Of a DNA stretch of 64,000 nucleotides, positions 41,017 through 58,552 are shown piece by piece (position 1 is the first letter of the stretch; each line of letters starts with the position of its first letter). A program made the translations under genes and the position numbers. This DNA comes from the human T2T-CHM13v2.0 reference genome, Homo sapiens. The stretch lies in the NCBI RefSeq assembly GCF_009914755.1, contig NC_060933.1, one strand, 5' to 3'. The notes beneath the pieces are model-generated. The model worked only from the letters and a program-made list of their open reading frames with translations, made no database searches and had not been told where the DNA came from.

Positions 41017-41742
41017 GTGAGTAAAATTTTAAAACTATTTAATAATTTTTACCATATTGTTTGGAATTGTTTGCTAGTTGTTTCATTAATGTATATTTTG
41101 TCACCTCAGCCATCTCCTTTGAGGATATTTTGTCTTCATTCACTCTCTTTCTCATAACACTTCACCCAGGGAATGGTGCAAAGTAGAATATAGAATAGTG
41201 CTCATTAAAGAATCTACACTAAAAAGCATTCTCTTCAACTCATTTAATTTTCTGTGACTATTTATTATAATGACTTATGAAATATTTGCTTGTTAGATTT
41301 ATTATTTTGAAAATAAACATTTATTGTCTTGAAGTGACTATATATACCTTCTGATTTGTTAATTTAAGTATTAAATAGCACTGATAAATAGAATAATAAT
41401 TTAAAATGTAAATTAAATCACAATACATGCTCATGATAAAAATTCAAATAGTAAGGAAATGTACATGGATAAAGTTAAAAGTTTATTTTCCCAGTTCCTT
41501 TAATCTTCTCTGCATTCTCCAGTGTGAAACCACTGTTAACATTCTTGTATTTTGGTTTAGACACATGATATTTATTTTCCAAAAACTTATTTTGGCAAAA
41601 TTTGGATCATACCCTATGTAATATTTATTTGCTGATATATAGTGTTTTACAAACTGCTTAGACATTTATCCTGAACATCGCTCCATGTTATACTTTAAGA
41701 TCTGTCTTATTCATCTGAACAGATGCCTCTACCATAATTTAT

Positions 41743-42047
41743 CTTTTTTTTTTTTTTCCTTTTTTTGAGATGGAGTCTTGCTCTGCCCAGGCTTTAGGGC
41801 AGTGGCATGATCTTGGCTCACTGCAACCTCTGCCTCCTGGGTTCAAGTAATTCTCATGTCTCAGCCTCCTGAGTCACTGAGATTACAGGCTTGTGCTACC
41901 ACACCTGGCTAATTTTTTGTAATTTTTAGTAGAGACAGGGTTTCACCATGTTGGTCAGGCTGGTCTTGAACTCCTGACCTCAAACGATCCGCCCACCTCT
42001 GCTTCCTAAAGTGCTGGAATTACAAGCGTGAGCCACCATGCCTGGCC
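41743..42047 (-). mobile_element. Alu (AluS)
   Basis: Antisense Alu with TSD ctaccataatttat. Confidence 0.9.
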
Positions 42048-42376
42048 TACCATAATTTATTTAAGTAATCCTTTATTGATTGACAGGTGGGTTTTTTCAT
42101 TTTTTTTTTTTTTTGATGTTATATACCGCAAACTAATAACTCTGTATATCTTTGCCCATTTTGAGTCTAGAATAAATTTCTTAAAGTAGAATTGCTGGAT
42201 CAAAGTATAAGTACATCATTACTTTTTATGGAATCTACTAAGTTCCTTGTCCAAAAGGTTATACCAATTTATACTCTTATAAATTATATCTGGGGAGTGC
42301 CTGTTTCTGCACATCCTTGGCAGTCTTTTGTGTTTCCCAATGGTTAATCTTTATTTGATTATTTTGTATGATATCT

Positions 42377-43436
42377 TATCAGGGGAAATTCAGCCCCCGA
42401 TATTTCACGTGGGTCCTTTTCCATTTTTCCTAAGTGTTGGCCGGTCTAAGAAATAAAGGGAAAGAGTACAAAAGAGGGAAATTTTAAAGCTGGGTGTCCA
42501 GGGGAGACGTCACATGTCGGCAGGTTCTGTGATGCCCCCCAAGCCACAAAACCAGCAAGTTTTTATTGGTGATTCTCAAAAGAGGAGGGAGTGTACGAAT
42601 AGGGTGTGGGTCACAGAGATCACATGCTTCACAAGGTAATAAAATATCACAAGGTAAATGGAGGCAGAGCGAGATCACAGGACTGGGGCGAAATTAAAAT
42701 TGCTAATGAAGTTTCGGGCATGCATTGTCATTGATAACATTTTATCAGGAGACAGGCTTTGAGAGCAGACAACTGGTCTGACCAAAATTTATTAGGCAGG
42801 AATTTCCTTGTCCTAATAAGCCTGGGAGCACTACAGGAGACCAGGGCTTATTTCATCCCTTATCTACAACCGTAAAAGACAGACGTCCCCAAAGCAGCCA
42901 TTTCAGAGGCCTCCCCTTAGGGACACATTCTCTTTCTCAGGGATGTTCCTTGCTGAGAAAAAGAATTCAGCAATATTTCTCCTGTTTGCTTTTGAAAGAA
43001 GAGAAATATGGCTCTGTTCCGCCCGGCCCACAGGCAGCCAGACTTCAAGGTTATCTCTCTTTTTCCCTGAACATCGCTGTTATCCTGTTCTTTTTTCAAG
43101 GTGCCCAGATTTCATATTATTTAAACAATTTGTGCAGTTAACACAATCCTCACAGGGTCCTGAGGCCACATTCAACCTCAGCTTACAAAGATGACGGGAT
43201 TAAGAGATTAAAGTAAAGACAGGCATAGGAAATCTCGAGTATTGATTGGGGAAGTGATAAGTGTCCATGAAATCTTCACAATTTATGTTCAGAGATTGCA
43301 GTAAAGACAGGCTTAAGAAATTATAAAAGTATTAATTTGGGGAACTAATAAATGTCCATGAAATCTTCACAATTTATGTTCTTCTGCCATGGCTTCAGCC
43401 TGTCCCTCTGTTCAGGGTCCCTGACTTCCCGCAACA
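42377..43436 (-). mobile_element. MER11 (HERV-K11/HML-8) solo LTR, ~1.06 kb
   Basis: Reverse strand starts TGTTGCGGGAAGTCAGGGACCC and ends GAAATATCGGGGGCTGAATTTCCCCTGATA. 6-bp TSD atatct/gtatct. Internal repeat gtccatgaaatcttcacaatttatgttc occurs twice. Confidence 0.88.
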
Positions 43437-43963
43437 GTATCTTGTTTTAGTTTAGTTGATTTCTATTAGTTTTATTTTAATTTTTTACTGTTCATATTAT
43501 TGATATTTGCATATTCTATTGTTATTGCTGTCATTTTATGATCTCAGTGTATTTGTATCTTGTATCCTATGGTGATTTAAGCAAAAATGACATGATTTTC
43601 CAGCTAGCTCAGAAAGAACTAAACTCAGAACAACTATTATTTCAGAAAAATAGAAAGGAAGTCTTTCTTGTGGGACTGTAGACCAAGCTGCAAGTGAAGG
43701 GAAAATCAATTGGAGGGAGTGGGTCTTGGTTCAAATACCACAGATATTGACCATTTTCACCAAATTTTAGTAGATATTCTTGAATAAATGTTTTTTCTTT
43801 TGCTGTATGCACTTAGAACCATTTCCAGAGACTTTAAATCGTTGTTTTTTTAATGTTGTATTACTTTTTGACTGATTTCACTCACTAATTACATAGTTAC
43901 AAATGTTATATAAAATAGACATTATTCTTCTACTTTTAGTAGTTGATTTTATTTAAAAATCAG

Positions 43964-44264
43964 GGCCTGGCATGGTGGCTCACACCTGTAATCCCAGCAT
44001 TTTGGGAGGCTGAGGTGGGTGGATCATGAGGTCAGGAGTTCAAGACCAGCCTGACCAACATGGTGAAACCCCATTTCTACTAAAAATACAAAAAATTAGC
44101 TGGGCAAGGTGTCGTGCGCCTGTAATCTCAGCTACTTAGGAGGCTGAGGCAGGAGAATCACTTGAACCCAGGAGGCATGGAGGTTGCAGTGAGCTGAGAT
44201 TCCACCACTGCTCTCCAGCCTAGGTGATAGAGCAAGACTCTGTCTCAAAAAAAAAAAAAAAAAA
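43964..44264 (+). mobile_element. Alu (AluS)
   Basis: Sense Alu with TSD aaaaatcag. Confidence 0.9.
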
Positions 44265-44269
44265 ATCAG

Positions 44270-44480
44270 TAATAACAAAGTAACATTTATGGTGAATTAT
44301 TGTGTGTTGGTGGGCATGTCACTAAGTATTTACATATGTTAGCTCAGTAATCCTCATTTCAGTCCTTTGAGGCAGGCCCAACTATTATTCCCCACTTTAG
44401 AGATAAGCAAACTATGGCAGAGAGTATTTAAGTATTTTGGCCATGGTCTGACTCTAGAGCCTGGGCTTTTAATTTTAACT
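44270..44480 (-). mobile_element. MIR
   Basis: actattattccccactttagagataagcaaact. Confidence 0.6.
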
Positions 44481-44748
44481 ATTTGTATAATACATTTAAC
44501 CACTTCCTGTTGGGTATTTTGATTGTTTGAAGTTTGTACTGTTATAAATAGCACTGCAATAAACATGCTTGTATCTCTCTGTATTTTTTTCTTCTTAAAA
44601 CTATTTTTGTGGAATGAGGCAGGAATAAATTAATAATGGTTTAAAAAGTTATCCAGTGAAAAGTCCCTTCAGAAATCCATTTTCTTCCTATAGGCTACCA
44701 CTATTAATACTTTCTTGTGTATCTTTCCAGAGTCAGTTTCTGAATATA

Positions 44749-44750
<2 letters not shown>

Positions 44751-44788
<38 letters not shown>
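44751..44788 (+). repeat. (CA)n microsatellite, ~18 units
   Basis: Read directly. Confidence 0.95.
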
Positions 44789-45469
44789 ACCATCTTCTTT
44801 TTAAAACGCAAATAGTAGCATATTCTAACACATTCCCTGTGCCTTGCTGTTTTGCACTTAGTATATCTTGGTGAATCATCCCACATCAGAGCATATAGAC
44901 CTGCAGCAGCAGCAGCTCCTCTGCCACCTTGCACTTCCCACTCTCCTTCTTTGTAACAGGTGCATAGTATACCATTTTATGGGTGTACCATATGGATGAG
45001 AAAGCACTATACAAATTACGTTGTAGACTATTTGAAGGTGTGTGTAAGTGTTTTTAAATAAGACTTTGAAATATTGCTACCAGTTGTTAAAGAGCTAGTT
45101 GAAGGGAAGGAGCTGAAGTTTTGGACAGGTGGAACAAAGGAGAAAGGAAAGGGCTATATTTGCTTTATTCATGTGGCTACTAGAAAGTGTATCTGTTGAA
45201 ATGTCTCTGAAGTTGATATGATCCATATATTGCCTGAGTGTTTCTCTTCAGTGCTGGTTAGATGGTCATACTTGATGTTTTTAAAAGGTGAGTTTTGGGG
45301 AGAAGTTGTTATAGTCAATGTAAAATGTTTAGGAATGAGGATATACCATTATACCATTATTTTTTAAGAATTCAAATATTTTCACTTAGAGACTCACTTA
45401 ACAAATATTTGAGCATCTAATATTTTCCAGGCATAAAACCTGTGAGTATTTTTTAATAGCTTCTTTTAA

Positions 45470-46045
45470 AAAATTTTTAATTGTGGTAAGAGACATAACT
45501 GAAAATTTAGCATCTTAACCATTTTTAAGTGTACAGTTCACTAGTGTTAAGTACATTCACATTGTTGTGCAACAGATATCCAGAACTTTTTCACCTTGCA
45601 AAACTAAAACTCTGTCTCCATCAAACAACTTCTCATTTCCCCCTCCCCACAGCCACTGGCAACGACCATTCTTTCTTTTCTGTGAATTTGACTACTTTAG
45701 TTACCTTAGAGAAGTGAAATCATACAGTATTTGTCTTTTTTGTGATGGACTCATTTCATTTAGTGTAATGTCCTCAAAGTTTATCCATGTTATGGCATGT
45801 GGCAGGATTTTCTTCCTTTTAAGGCTGAATAATGCTCCGTTGTATGTAAATCTCTCATTTTGTTAATCCTTTCATCCATTAGTGGACACTTGGGTTGCTT
45901 CAACTCTTGGCTATTGTGAATAATGCTACTAGGAACTTGGGTGTGCACATATCTCTTTGAGATCCTGCTTTCACCTCTTTCGTATATATAATCCAAAGTG
46001 GGAGAACTATGTCACATGGTAATTCTACTTTTAATTTTTTTGGGA
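45470..46045 (-). mobile_element. L1MB-like 3' end
   Basis: catcttaaccatttttaagtgtacagttc...ggacacttgggttgcttc. Confidence 0.75.
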
Positions 46046-46129
46046 GAAAACCTTTGAATTTTGAGCATCTCAATATCTCAGCATATAACTTTTCTTTTAA
46101 GCTAATCCTTTGGATGGTTTTGGTCTTGC

Positions 46130-46340
46130 TGAGGGGAAGGTAGTATGGTTACATAGAAAGAATGTAGTTTTTGGAATCATACAAACCATGGTTTGAATCA
46201 TGGCTCATCTCTTTATAAACTGTGACCCTGACCAGATTATTTTAGCTCTCTGAGCTTCAGCTTCTTCATCTACAAAATAACAATGGGAATAACAGTACAT
46301 TGTATTGGTTTTTGTGAAGAGTAAAGATAATGTTCATGAC
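46130..46340 (+). mobile_element. MIR
   Basis: ctgtgaccctgacc...tctctgagcttcagcttcttcatctacaaaat. Confidence 0.65.
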
Positions 46341-46481
46341 AAGAACCAAACCATCAGTTAAAACTTGTGCATCACTACCACCTTCTGACTTCAGTCATTA
46401 GACAGAGTAAAGTGTTATCTGCTGATGATTTATTACCTGCTGATGTGATTTCTTTTCTTTTTCTTCTTTTTTTTATGGTAG

Positions 46482-46555
46482 ATATCCCAGAGGAGGAAGC
46501 CAGATATTGGACCTACAAATGGGAGCAAATCAATGCCTTGGGAGCTGACAATGAG
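46482..46555 (+). CDS. UNC13B: UNC13B coding exon 6, 74 nt: (D)[24 protein letters not shown]
   Basis: Long pyrimidine tract then atggtag acceptor, donor GAG|gtagga. Peptide is visible in ORF 46367..46582. Confidence 0.96.
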
Positions 46556-47574
46556 GTAGGAGCAGCCTTATTTGCAGTATAGAGAGATGGGGGAAAATCT
46601 CCAATGCTCTTTATAGGTTGCCCAGGGAGGGGCCCAAGAGCATGTTGTCCTGAGAATGAAATCACTTAAATTGCATTGAAGAAAAAAGGCAGCTAGAAGA
46701 TTGCCTGAAATGTCACTAGAAGGTTCCATCTCCAATTTATTCTGTTCTTCCCACTCTCCCATACTGTGGTACTAGTCTGGCTGTAGACTCTTAGAGAGGG
46801 AGCTTGTACCAGGGAATCTGTCCTCTTTTGTTACACCTGTGAGTTGGAGGCATTTCTTTTGCTTCTACTGTCTCTCAGTTTTTTGGATATTATTCTTATT
46901 TGTGTCCTGTTTTTGAGGATGTTTAGACTATTGCATTGTTTGTTCTTGCTGGTCCTAACTTACCTCCAGAGATGAGGCTGGTGTGTATAAGAGAATGCAT
47001 TCAGCTCAACCTGGGGCATCAGGATTGGAGAATGTTTTTGTTATTGCTGATGGAGGGAAAAGATGATAAATTTGTTTATTTTGGACATGTGGGCTACTAA
47101 AAAATGGGTCTGATTATAAGATATACTTTGAGTGCCAGAGGATATTTCAGCAGAAATTGTTGATAAACAATTTCATGAGATAATTTGAAGTTGAGGTTTG
47201 AATGGGTAGGGAGCTGTAGGCATAGAGCTTCATTAATATATTAGTAACAATTGATGTCATAGGAATGGAAAAACTTGCTCAGGTAGAGCGTATGGAGACA
47301 GTATTAAAGAACAGGAACAAAATCTTGGGAAACCTTAGACATAGAATTCTGAGAAACAAAGGAGACTGAGAAAGGGCAACCTTAAAGAGAGAGAATAAGA
47401 TAACCAGGAAAGATTAATGGAACAAAGAAAAAAAGAGATTCAAGGCAGAAATTCTTGACAGTATCACATGTTAAATCAAGTGAATTATGAAATAGAGCTA
47501 TTGGATTTGGTGATTGATGACGAGTATACATCCATAGACTAGTACAGAAAGCCAAAATGCAGTGGTTTGATGAC

Positions 47575-48035
47575 TGTATTTGTTTCCTACAGCTGCCATC
47601 ACAAAGTACCACAAACTAGGTGGCTTACAGCAACCAAAATTTGTTTTCACACAGTTCTGTAGACTGGAAGTCTGAAATTAGGCTGTCAGCAGGATCAGTT
47701 CAGCTCCGTCTAGAGGCTCTGAAGGAGGAAGCATCCTGTACTCTTCTGCCTCTGATGGTTGCTGGCAGTCCTTGCTGTTCCTTAGCTTGTAGATGTATCA
47801 TTCTAATCTCTGCCTCTGTTGTAATGTGCCTCCCTGTGTGTCTGTCTGTGTCTTCACAATGCATTCTCCTGTCTCTGTGTGTCTGTGTCTAAATTTCCAT
47901 TTTTCTTGTAAGAACAACAGTCATTGAATTAATTTGATTATATCTGCAGAGACCTTGTTTCCAAATAAGGTCATATTCACAGATACTTAGGGTTAGAAGT
48001 CTAACATATCTTTTAGGACATAGTTCAACCCACAG
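47575..48035 (-). mobile_element. MLT1C/D-like MaLR solo LTR
   Basis: tgtatttgtttcctacagctgccatcacaaagtaccacaaactagg...ttccaaataaggtcatattcacag. Confidence 0.75.
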
Positions 48036-48533
48036 TGAGTTAAATGAAAGATGAAGAAATGGCATTTGGGACAAGCAACATCTACTCTTTTCAGGGTTTT
48101 CCGTTACCTCCTTTATTCTTGGTAGGCTTTCTGTTATTAAGCTGTATAACTCTTCTCATGTCCACACCAACATCCTAACTTTTCTTCATTGTTGAAAGCT
48201 CCAGTCCTCTTTCTCCACTTAGTAACTCTGAGCATTTGTGCTATCTTTGCATGTACTTTACTTTGTGTTTTCGTTCTTCCCAAGCCTGGCTGTGGAGTGG
48301 TATTCAGCCTTTCAGACTGCCATCATCTTTGTTTTCCTAGTAAAGAAGCATGTTGTACTTTTCGTTTTATAGGCTTTGCTCTGTGTCATTATACAGAATC
48401 AGAAGAAGGGATTAAAACAATTTAAAAACCAAATATAACTTATACAAAAATTGTGGAATTTTATAAGTTCTAATAATAATGGTTCTTGGTCTGTGGTTCC
48501 CAACTGCATATCAGATTTTTGCTTTCTGTTTTT

Positions 48534-53054
<4,521 letters not shown>

Positions 53055-53069
53055 TTGCTTTCTGTTTTT

Positions 53070-53459
53070 ATTCTAGGGTATGGCACTCACTACATTTTCA
53101 TCTTTCATCCTCTCTTCCACTGTGCTGTTTATCTTTTTAGCAGTTTTATTGAAATATAATTTTTATATACTGTACAGTTCACTCATCTAAAGCTTACAAT
53201 TCGGTGGCTTTCAGTATCTTCATAGTTGTGCCCTATGGATATCACCACAACTCCAAATCAGATTTTTGCCTTCTGTTTTTATTCTAGGGTATGGCATTCA
53301 CTAAGTTTTTATCTTTCGTCTTTCTTCCACTGTGCTGTTTATCTTTTTAGCAGCTTTGTTGAAATATAATTTATATATACCATACAGTTCACTCATTTAA
53401 AGCTTACAATTCAGTGGCTTTTACTAGCTTCATAGTTGTGCCCATGGATATCACCACAA
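53070..53459 (+). repeat. ~210-bp tandem duplication (copy 1: 48501-48533 + 53070-53250; copy 2: 53248-53459)
   Basis: attctagggtatggca...ttccactgtgctgtttatctttttagcag...ggatatcaccacaa occurs twice. Confidence 0.9.
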
Positions 53460-54090
53460 TTTTGAATATTTTCATTGCCCCGTAAAGAAACCCTGTGCCC
53501 TTAGTCATCAGTCTCCATTCTTCCCTATCCTCCTCAGCCCTATACAACCACTAATCAACCTTCTGTCTCTATGGACCTATTCTGTGCATTTCATATAAAT
53601 GAAATTATATAACATGTGGTCCTTTGTTTTCTTTCACTTAGCATAATGTTTTCAAGGTTTCATTCTTGTTTTACCATGTAAATAAATTCCTTTTTATTGC
53701 CAAATAACATTCCATTGTATGGATGTAGTACATTTTAAATTCATTCATTAGTTGATGGACAGTTGGGTTGTTTCTCTGCTTGTTAGCTGTTATGGATAAT
53801 GCTGCTTCGAATGTTTATATACAAAATGTTGTGTGGACATATGTTTTCACTTCTCTTGCATATGACTTGGGAGTGGAATTGCTAGATCACATGGTAACTC
53901 TGCATTTAACTGATAGACTGCCAGCCTATTTTCCAAAGTGGCTATGACATTTTATACTCCTACCAGCAGTGTATAAGGGTTTCAATTTCTTCATATTCTT
54001 GTCAACACTTGTTATTATCTTTTTTATTATATCCATTCTTCGATTCTTAGCATGTATGAAGTGGTCTCTCATTTTGGTTGCTATTCCATT
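53350..54090 (-). mobile_element. L1MB-like 3' fragment
   Basis: ttgaaatataattt...cagttcactcatttaaag...ggagtggaattgctagatcacatggtaactc. Confidence 0.7.
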
Positions 54091-54119
54091 TAAAAACTTT
54101 TTTATTATGGAAATTTTGA

Positions 54120-54454
<335 letters not shown>

Positions 54455-54495
54455 CTACTCTTCCATTTTTTGCTGGAGTATTTTAAAACCAATCC

Positions 54496-54790
54496 AGCCG
54501 GGTGTGTTGGCTCATGCCAGTAATCCCAGCACTCTGGGGGGGCCGAGGTGGTCAGACCACTTGAGGTCAGGATTTCAAGACCAGCCTGACCAACATGGTG
54601 AAAACCCGTCTCTACTAAAAATACAAAAATTAGCTTGGCGTGGTGGTGGGAACCTGTATTCCCACCTACTTGGGAGGCTGAGGCAGGAGAATCACTTGAA
54701 CCTAGGAGGCAGAGGCTACAGTGAGCCGAGATCACATCACTGCACTCCAGGCTGAGTGACAGAGCGAGATTCCCTATCAAAAACAAAAAA
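54496..54790 (+). mobile_element. Alu (AluS)
   Basis: Sense Alu with TSD-like caatcc. Confidence 0.88.
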
Positions 54791-55039
54791 CAATCCTAGG
54801 TATTATCTTGTCTCACCCATAAATATATCAATATAGATCTCTAACAGATAATACTTTTTTTTAAAAAAAAACCACAATGCCATTATCACACTGAACTTAA
54901 TAATTTCTTAGTGTCATCCAATACCTAGTCTTTTCAATTTTCTTTATTATCTAGAAGATGTGTTTTCATAGTTGATTTTTTCATTTCAAGAGCCAGATAA
55001 GATGTGCCCATTTGGCTGTCATGTCTCTTAAATCATTTT

Positions 55040-55182
55040 ACTTTATTTTATTTTTGTATTTTTTGTAGAGATGGTGTTTCACCATTTGCCCAGGCTGGTC
55101 GCAAACTTCTGGGCTCAAGCGATCTGCCCGCCTTGGCCTCCCAAAGTGCTGAGTTTACAAGCATGGGACACCAAGCTCAGCT
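55040..55182 (-). mobile_element. Alu left monomer / FLAM
   Basis: gtagagatggtgtttcacc...ccttggcctcccaaagtgctg. Confidence 0.78.
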
Positions 55183-55514
55183 CCTTGAATCATCTTAGCT
55201 GTAAAATCATTCACTTTCCCTCATCTGTTTTGTAGACTTCTGCACATTCTGGATTTTGCTGATTGTGTCCCCAGGTTTTATTTACCATGTTCCTTTATCT
55301 CTCTTATTTCCTTTAAACTGAAAAGTGCATCTATTAGTTTGAAGATTAGGTTATAGTTCATTTTTGTGATAGAGGTGATGTTAAAATTCAACAGTGGATT
55401 CAAGTATTGTCAGCCCATTTCATTCATTATGATGTTTTCCCATCAGCCTTTCATCTAATGGTTTTAGCTGCAAATAATAATGACTATTTTATTAGAGTCT
55501 GAAAAATGATGATT

Positions 55515-55801
55515 TTCTTTCTTTCTTTTATTTATTTATTTTTATTTGAGACAGTCTTACTTTGTCACCCAGGCTGGCGTGCAGTGGTGCTGCAGTCTCC
55601 GCCTCCTGAGTTCCTCAGCCTCCTGAGTAGCTGAGATTACAGGCGTGCACTACCATGCCTGGCTAATTTTTGTATTTTTTTTATAGTGACAGGGTTTCAC
55701 CTTGTTGCCCAGGCTGGTCTCAAACTCCTGGCCTCAAGTGATCTGCCCACCTCGGCCTCCCAAAGTGCTGGGATTTCAGGCGGAAGCCACTGTGGCTGGT
55801 C
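55515..55801 (-). mobile_element. Alu with internal deletions
   Basis: Antisense Alu body. Confidence 0.82.
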
Positions 55802-55869
55802 TGATAGTCTAATTATATTATCCCTTCAGCATTTATTAGCTATGATTTGTCTATAAAAAAAATTTTCTC

Positions 55870-56150
<281 letters not shown>

Positions 56151-56346
56151 TTACCAGCTATTCAGTTCACAGAAATATAGTCTGTATAAGAAAAACATTC
56201 TCTTTTATATTTTTAGAATAATGAACTGTTGCCTCAGCAACTTCTCAAGGTGACCAGTAAGTTATTTTCTTTTTTAAATGGAATATTACTATGTATTTAT
56301 AAATTTGGGTATATTTGATAATGTATTTCAGCCCATTGCAATCATT

Positions 56347-56551
56347 CTTTTTTGGAGACAGGGTCTTGCTCTGTTGTCCAGGCTGGAGTGCAATGGCACA
56401 ATCATAGCTCACTACATCCTGGAATATCTAGGTTCAAGTGATCCTCCCAGTTCAGCTTCCCAAGTAGCAGAGACTACAGGCACACATCACCGCACCTAGC
56501 TAGTTTTTAATTTTTTTGTGGAGGTGGGGTCTTGCTATGTTGCCCAGGCTG
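56347..56551 (-). mobile_element. Alu (AluJ-like), truncated
   Basis: Antisense Alu with TSD-like cattctttttt. Confidence 0.8.
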
Positions 56552-57412
56552 GACATTCTTTTTGATACTAAAATGATCTCATCTTTGGTTAATGGGAGTT
56601 TCTTCAAGTTGGCTTTTTTCTCTTCTCTTTTTCTATTTTTATCATGAAAAAAATTTAAGTATACATACAAATACAGGAATAATAAAAGGAAACCCATGTG
56701 TATACCTACCCCTAAGATTCACTAATTATTAAGATTTCATCATACTTGCTGCAAAATCATTTTAAAAATACAATATAGAGTCTAACTTTTTTATTCTACA
56801 GTGTGTAACGTTTCCCATACACCTCGTGGGCCTAGAAGTGCTAATCAAGACTGATTTGGGCACCTACCACTTTACAGAGTTGGATTGTACCACACTGTAT
56901 TACTTTTCCTACTCATGGGCAATTAGGTTTTCACTATTATAAATGCGTGCTGCAGTGAACATTTCTGGACCTGTTTCTCTATGCTTGTATTTGACAGAGT
57001 CTCTGGGTGTATATCTGGAAGGATAGTTGCTTGGTTGTAGGATATGCTCTGTTCAACCTTAGTAGATATTACTAAATTGCTTTCTGAAGTGATTGTGCCA
57101 ATTTACATTTACCCTTTTCCTGTTTCACTGTTTCCTTACTGATACTTGATGTTATCAGATTTTAAATTTTTGTTAATCTAACAAGTATAGAAATTGTTTT
57201 AATTTGTATTTTCCTGTTTATTGGTGAGATTTATTCATTTATTCACCAAATCAGTTATTACGCATCAGGTACCATGCACTATTCTGTGTTTAATATACAT
57301 CAGTGGTTGAAGATCCCTACCCTCATGGATCACATAGGCAGAATCAGACAGTAAGCAAGAAATATAATAAATATAGTTGAGTATTAGAAGGTGAGAAGTG
57401 CTATAGGGGATT

Positions 57413-57760
57413 TCTTAGTCTATTTGGATTGCTATAACAATGCAAACTGGATAGCTTATAAACAACAGAGACTTATTTCTTATAGTTCTGGAGGATGGGA
57501 AGTCTAAAATCAAGGCACTGGCACATTCATTGTCTGGTGAGGGCCCATTTCCTGGTTCATAGACAGCACCCTGCTGTGTTCTCATGTGATGGAAGCATGC
57601 TCTCTGGAGCCTCTTTTGTAAGGGTGCTTATGCCATTCATGAAGTCTCCACCCTTATGACCTAATCATCTCCCAAAGGCCCTACCTCCTAGTACCATCAC
57701 ACAGGTGAATTTTTGGTGGGGGCAGGGGTGGTGGGATACAAACATTCAGACTATAGCAGA
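57413..57760 (-). mobile_element. MLT1A-like MaLR solo LTR
   Basis: tcttagtctatttggattgctataacaa...acaaacattcagactatagca. Confidence 0.75.
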
Positions 57761-58067
57761 GGGGTGTATATTTTTTCTCCATGTAGGTATTATACTACTT
57801 TTGTTAGATTTTTTTCCCTAATTGTTGCAAATGGTACATTCTAAAAATTACATTTTCTAGTTGGTTATCACATTACTATTATAAGTAAATGCTTTGCTGC
57901 TCATCTTTTTAAAGTATTGATCTTACTCATCAACTCTTATTATTAATAGTTCTGATACTTTAAAGATTCCCTTAGATTTTCTGTGCGACTAGGTTTTGCA
58001 TCTTTAAATTACAGTTTTTATTCTCCTAGTCCTTACGCTTTTTCTAAGTGTTGAATTGTTTATACAT

Positions 58068-58300
58068 TATTTATATATATTATATATAATATACGTATAT
58101 AATATATAATATACATATATTAATATAATATATATTAATATATGTATATAATATAATATATTATATTATATATTAATATATGTATATATTATATTATATT
58201 ATATATTAATATATGTATATATAATATAATATATATTATATATAATATAATATATATTATGTATAATATAATATATATATTATATATATATTATATATAT
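58068..58300. repeat. Interrupted (TA)n / AT-rich low-complexity tract, ~230 bp
   Basis: Almost pure A/T, read directly; sits at the tail position of the adjacent deleted Alu (58300-58420). Confidence 0.92.
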
Positions 58301-58420
58301 TTTTTCTTAGACAGATTCTTACTCTTTCACCCAGGCTGGAGTGCAGTGGCACTCCAGTGATCCGCCTGCCTTGGACTCCCAAAGTGCTGGGATTACAGGC
58401 GTGAGCCATTGTGCTGGGCC
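58300..58420 (-). mobile_element. Alu with a large internal deletion
   Basis: cccaggctggagtgcagtggc...agtgatccgcctgccttggactcccaaagtgctggg. Confidence 0.8.
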
Positions 58421-58552
58421 TGTTTACGCATATATTTTTATTAACAGACTTCATTTTTTAGACGTTTTAGATTTATAGAAATATTGAGCAGATATTTATC
58501 CCCTCCCCCACCCCATCTTATAGTTTCCCTTATTATTAACATCTTACATTAG

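Noticed and set aside
43263-43381. 28-bp direct repeats resembling a CRISPR-like array
   Set aside because: Only two copies, part of the MER11 LTR, in eukaryotic DNA.
44901-44917. Short (CAG)n run
   Set aside because: Only about five units and intronic; unremarkable.
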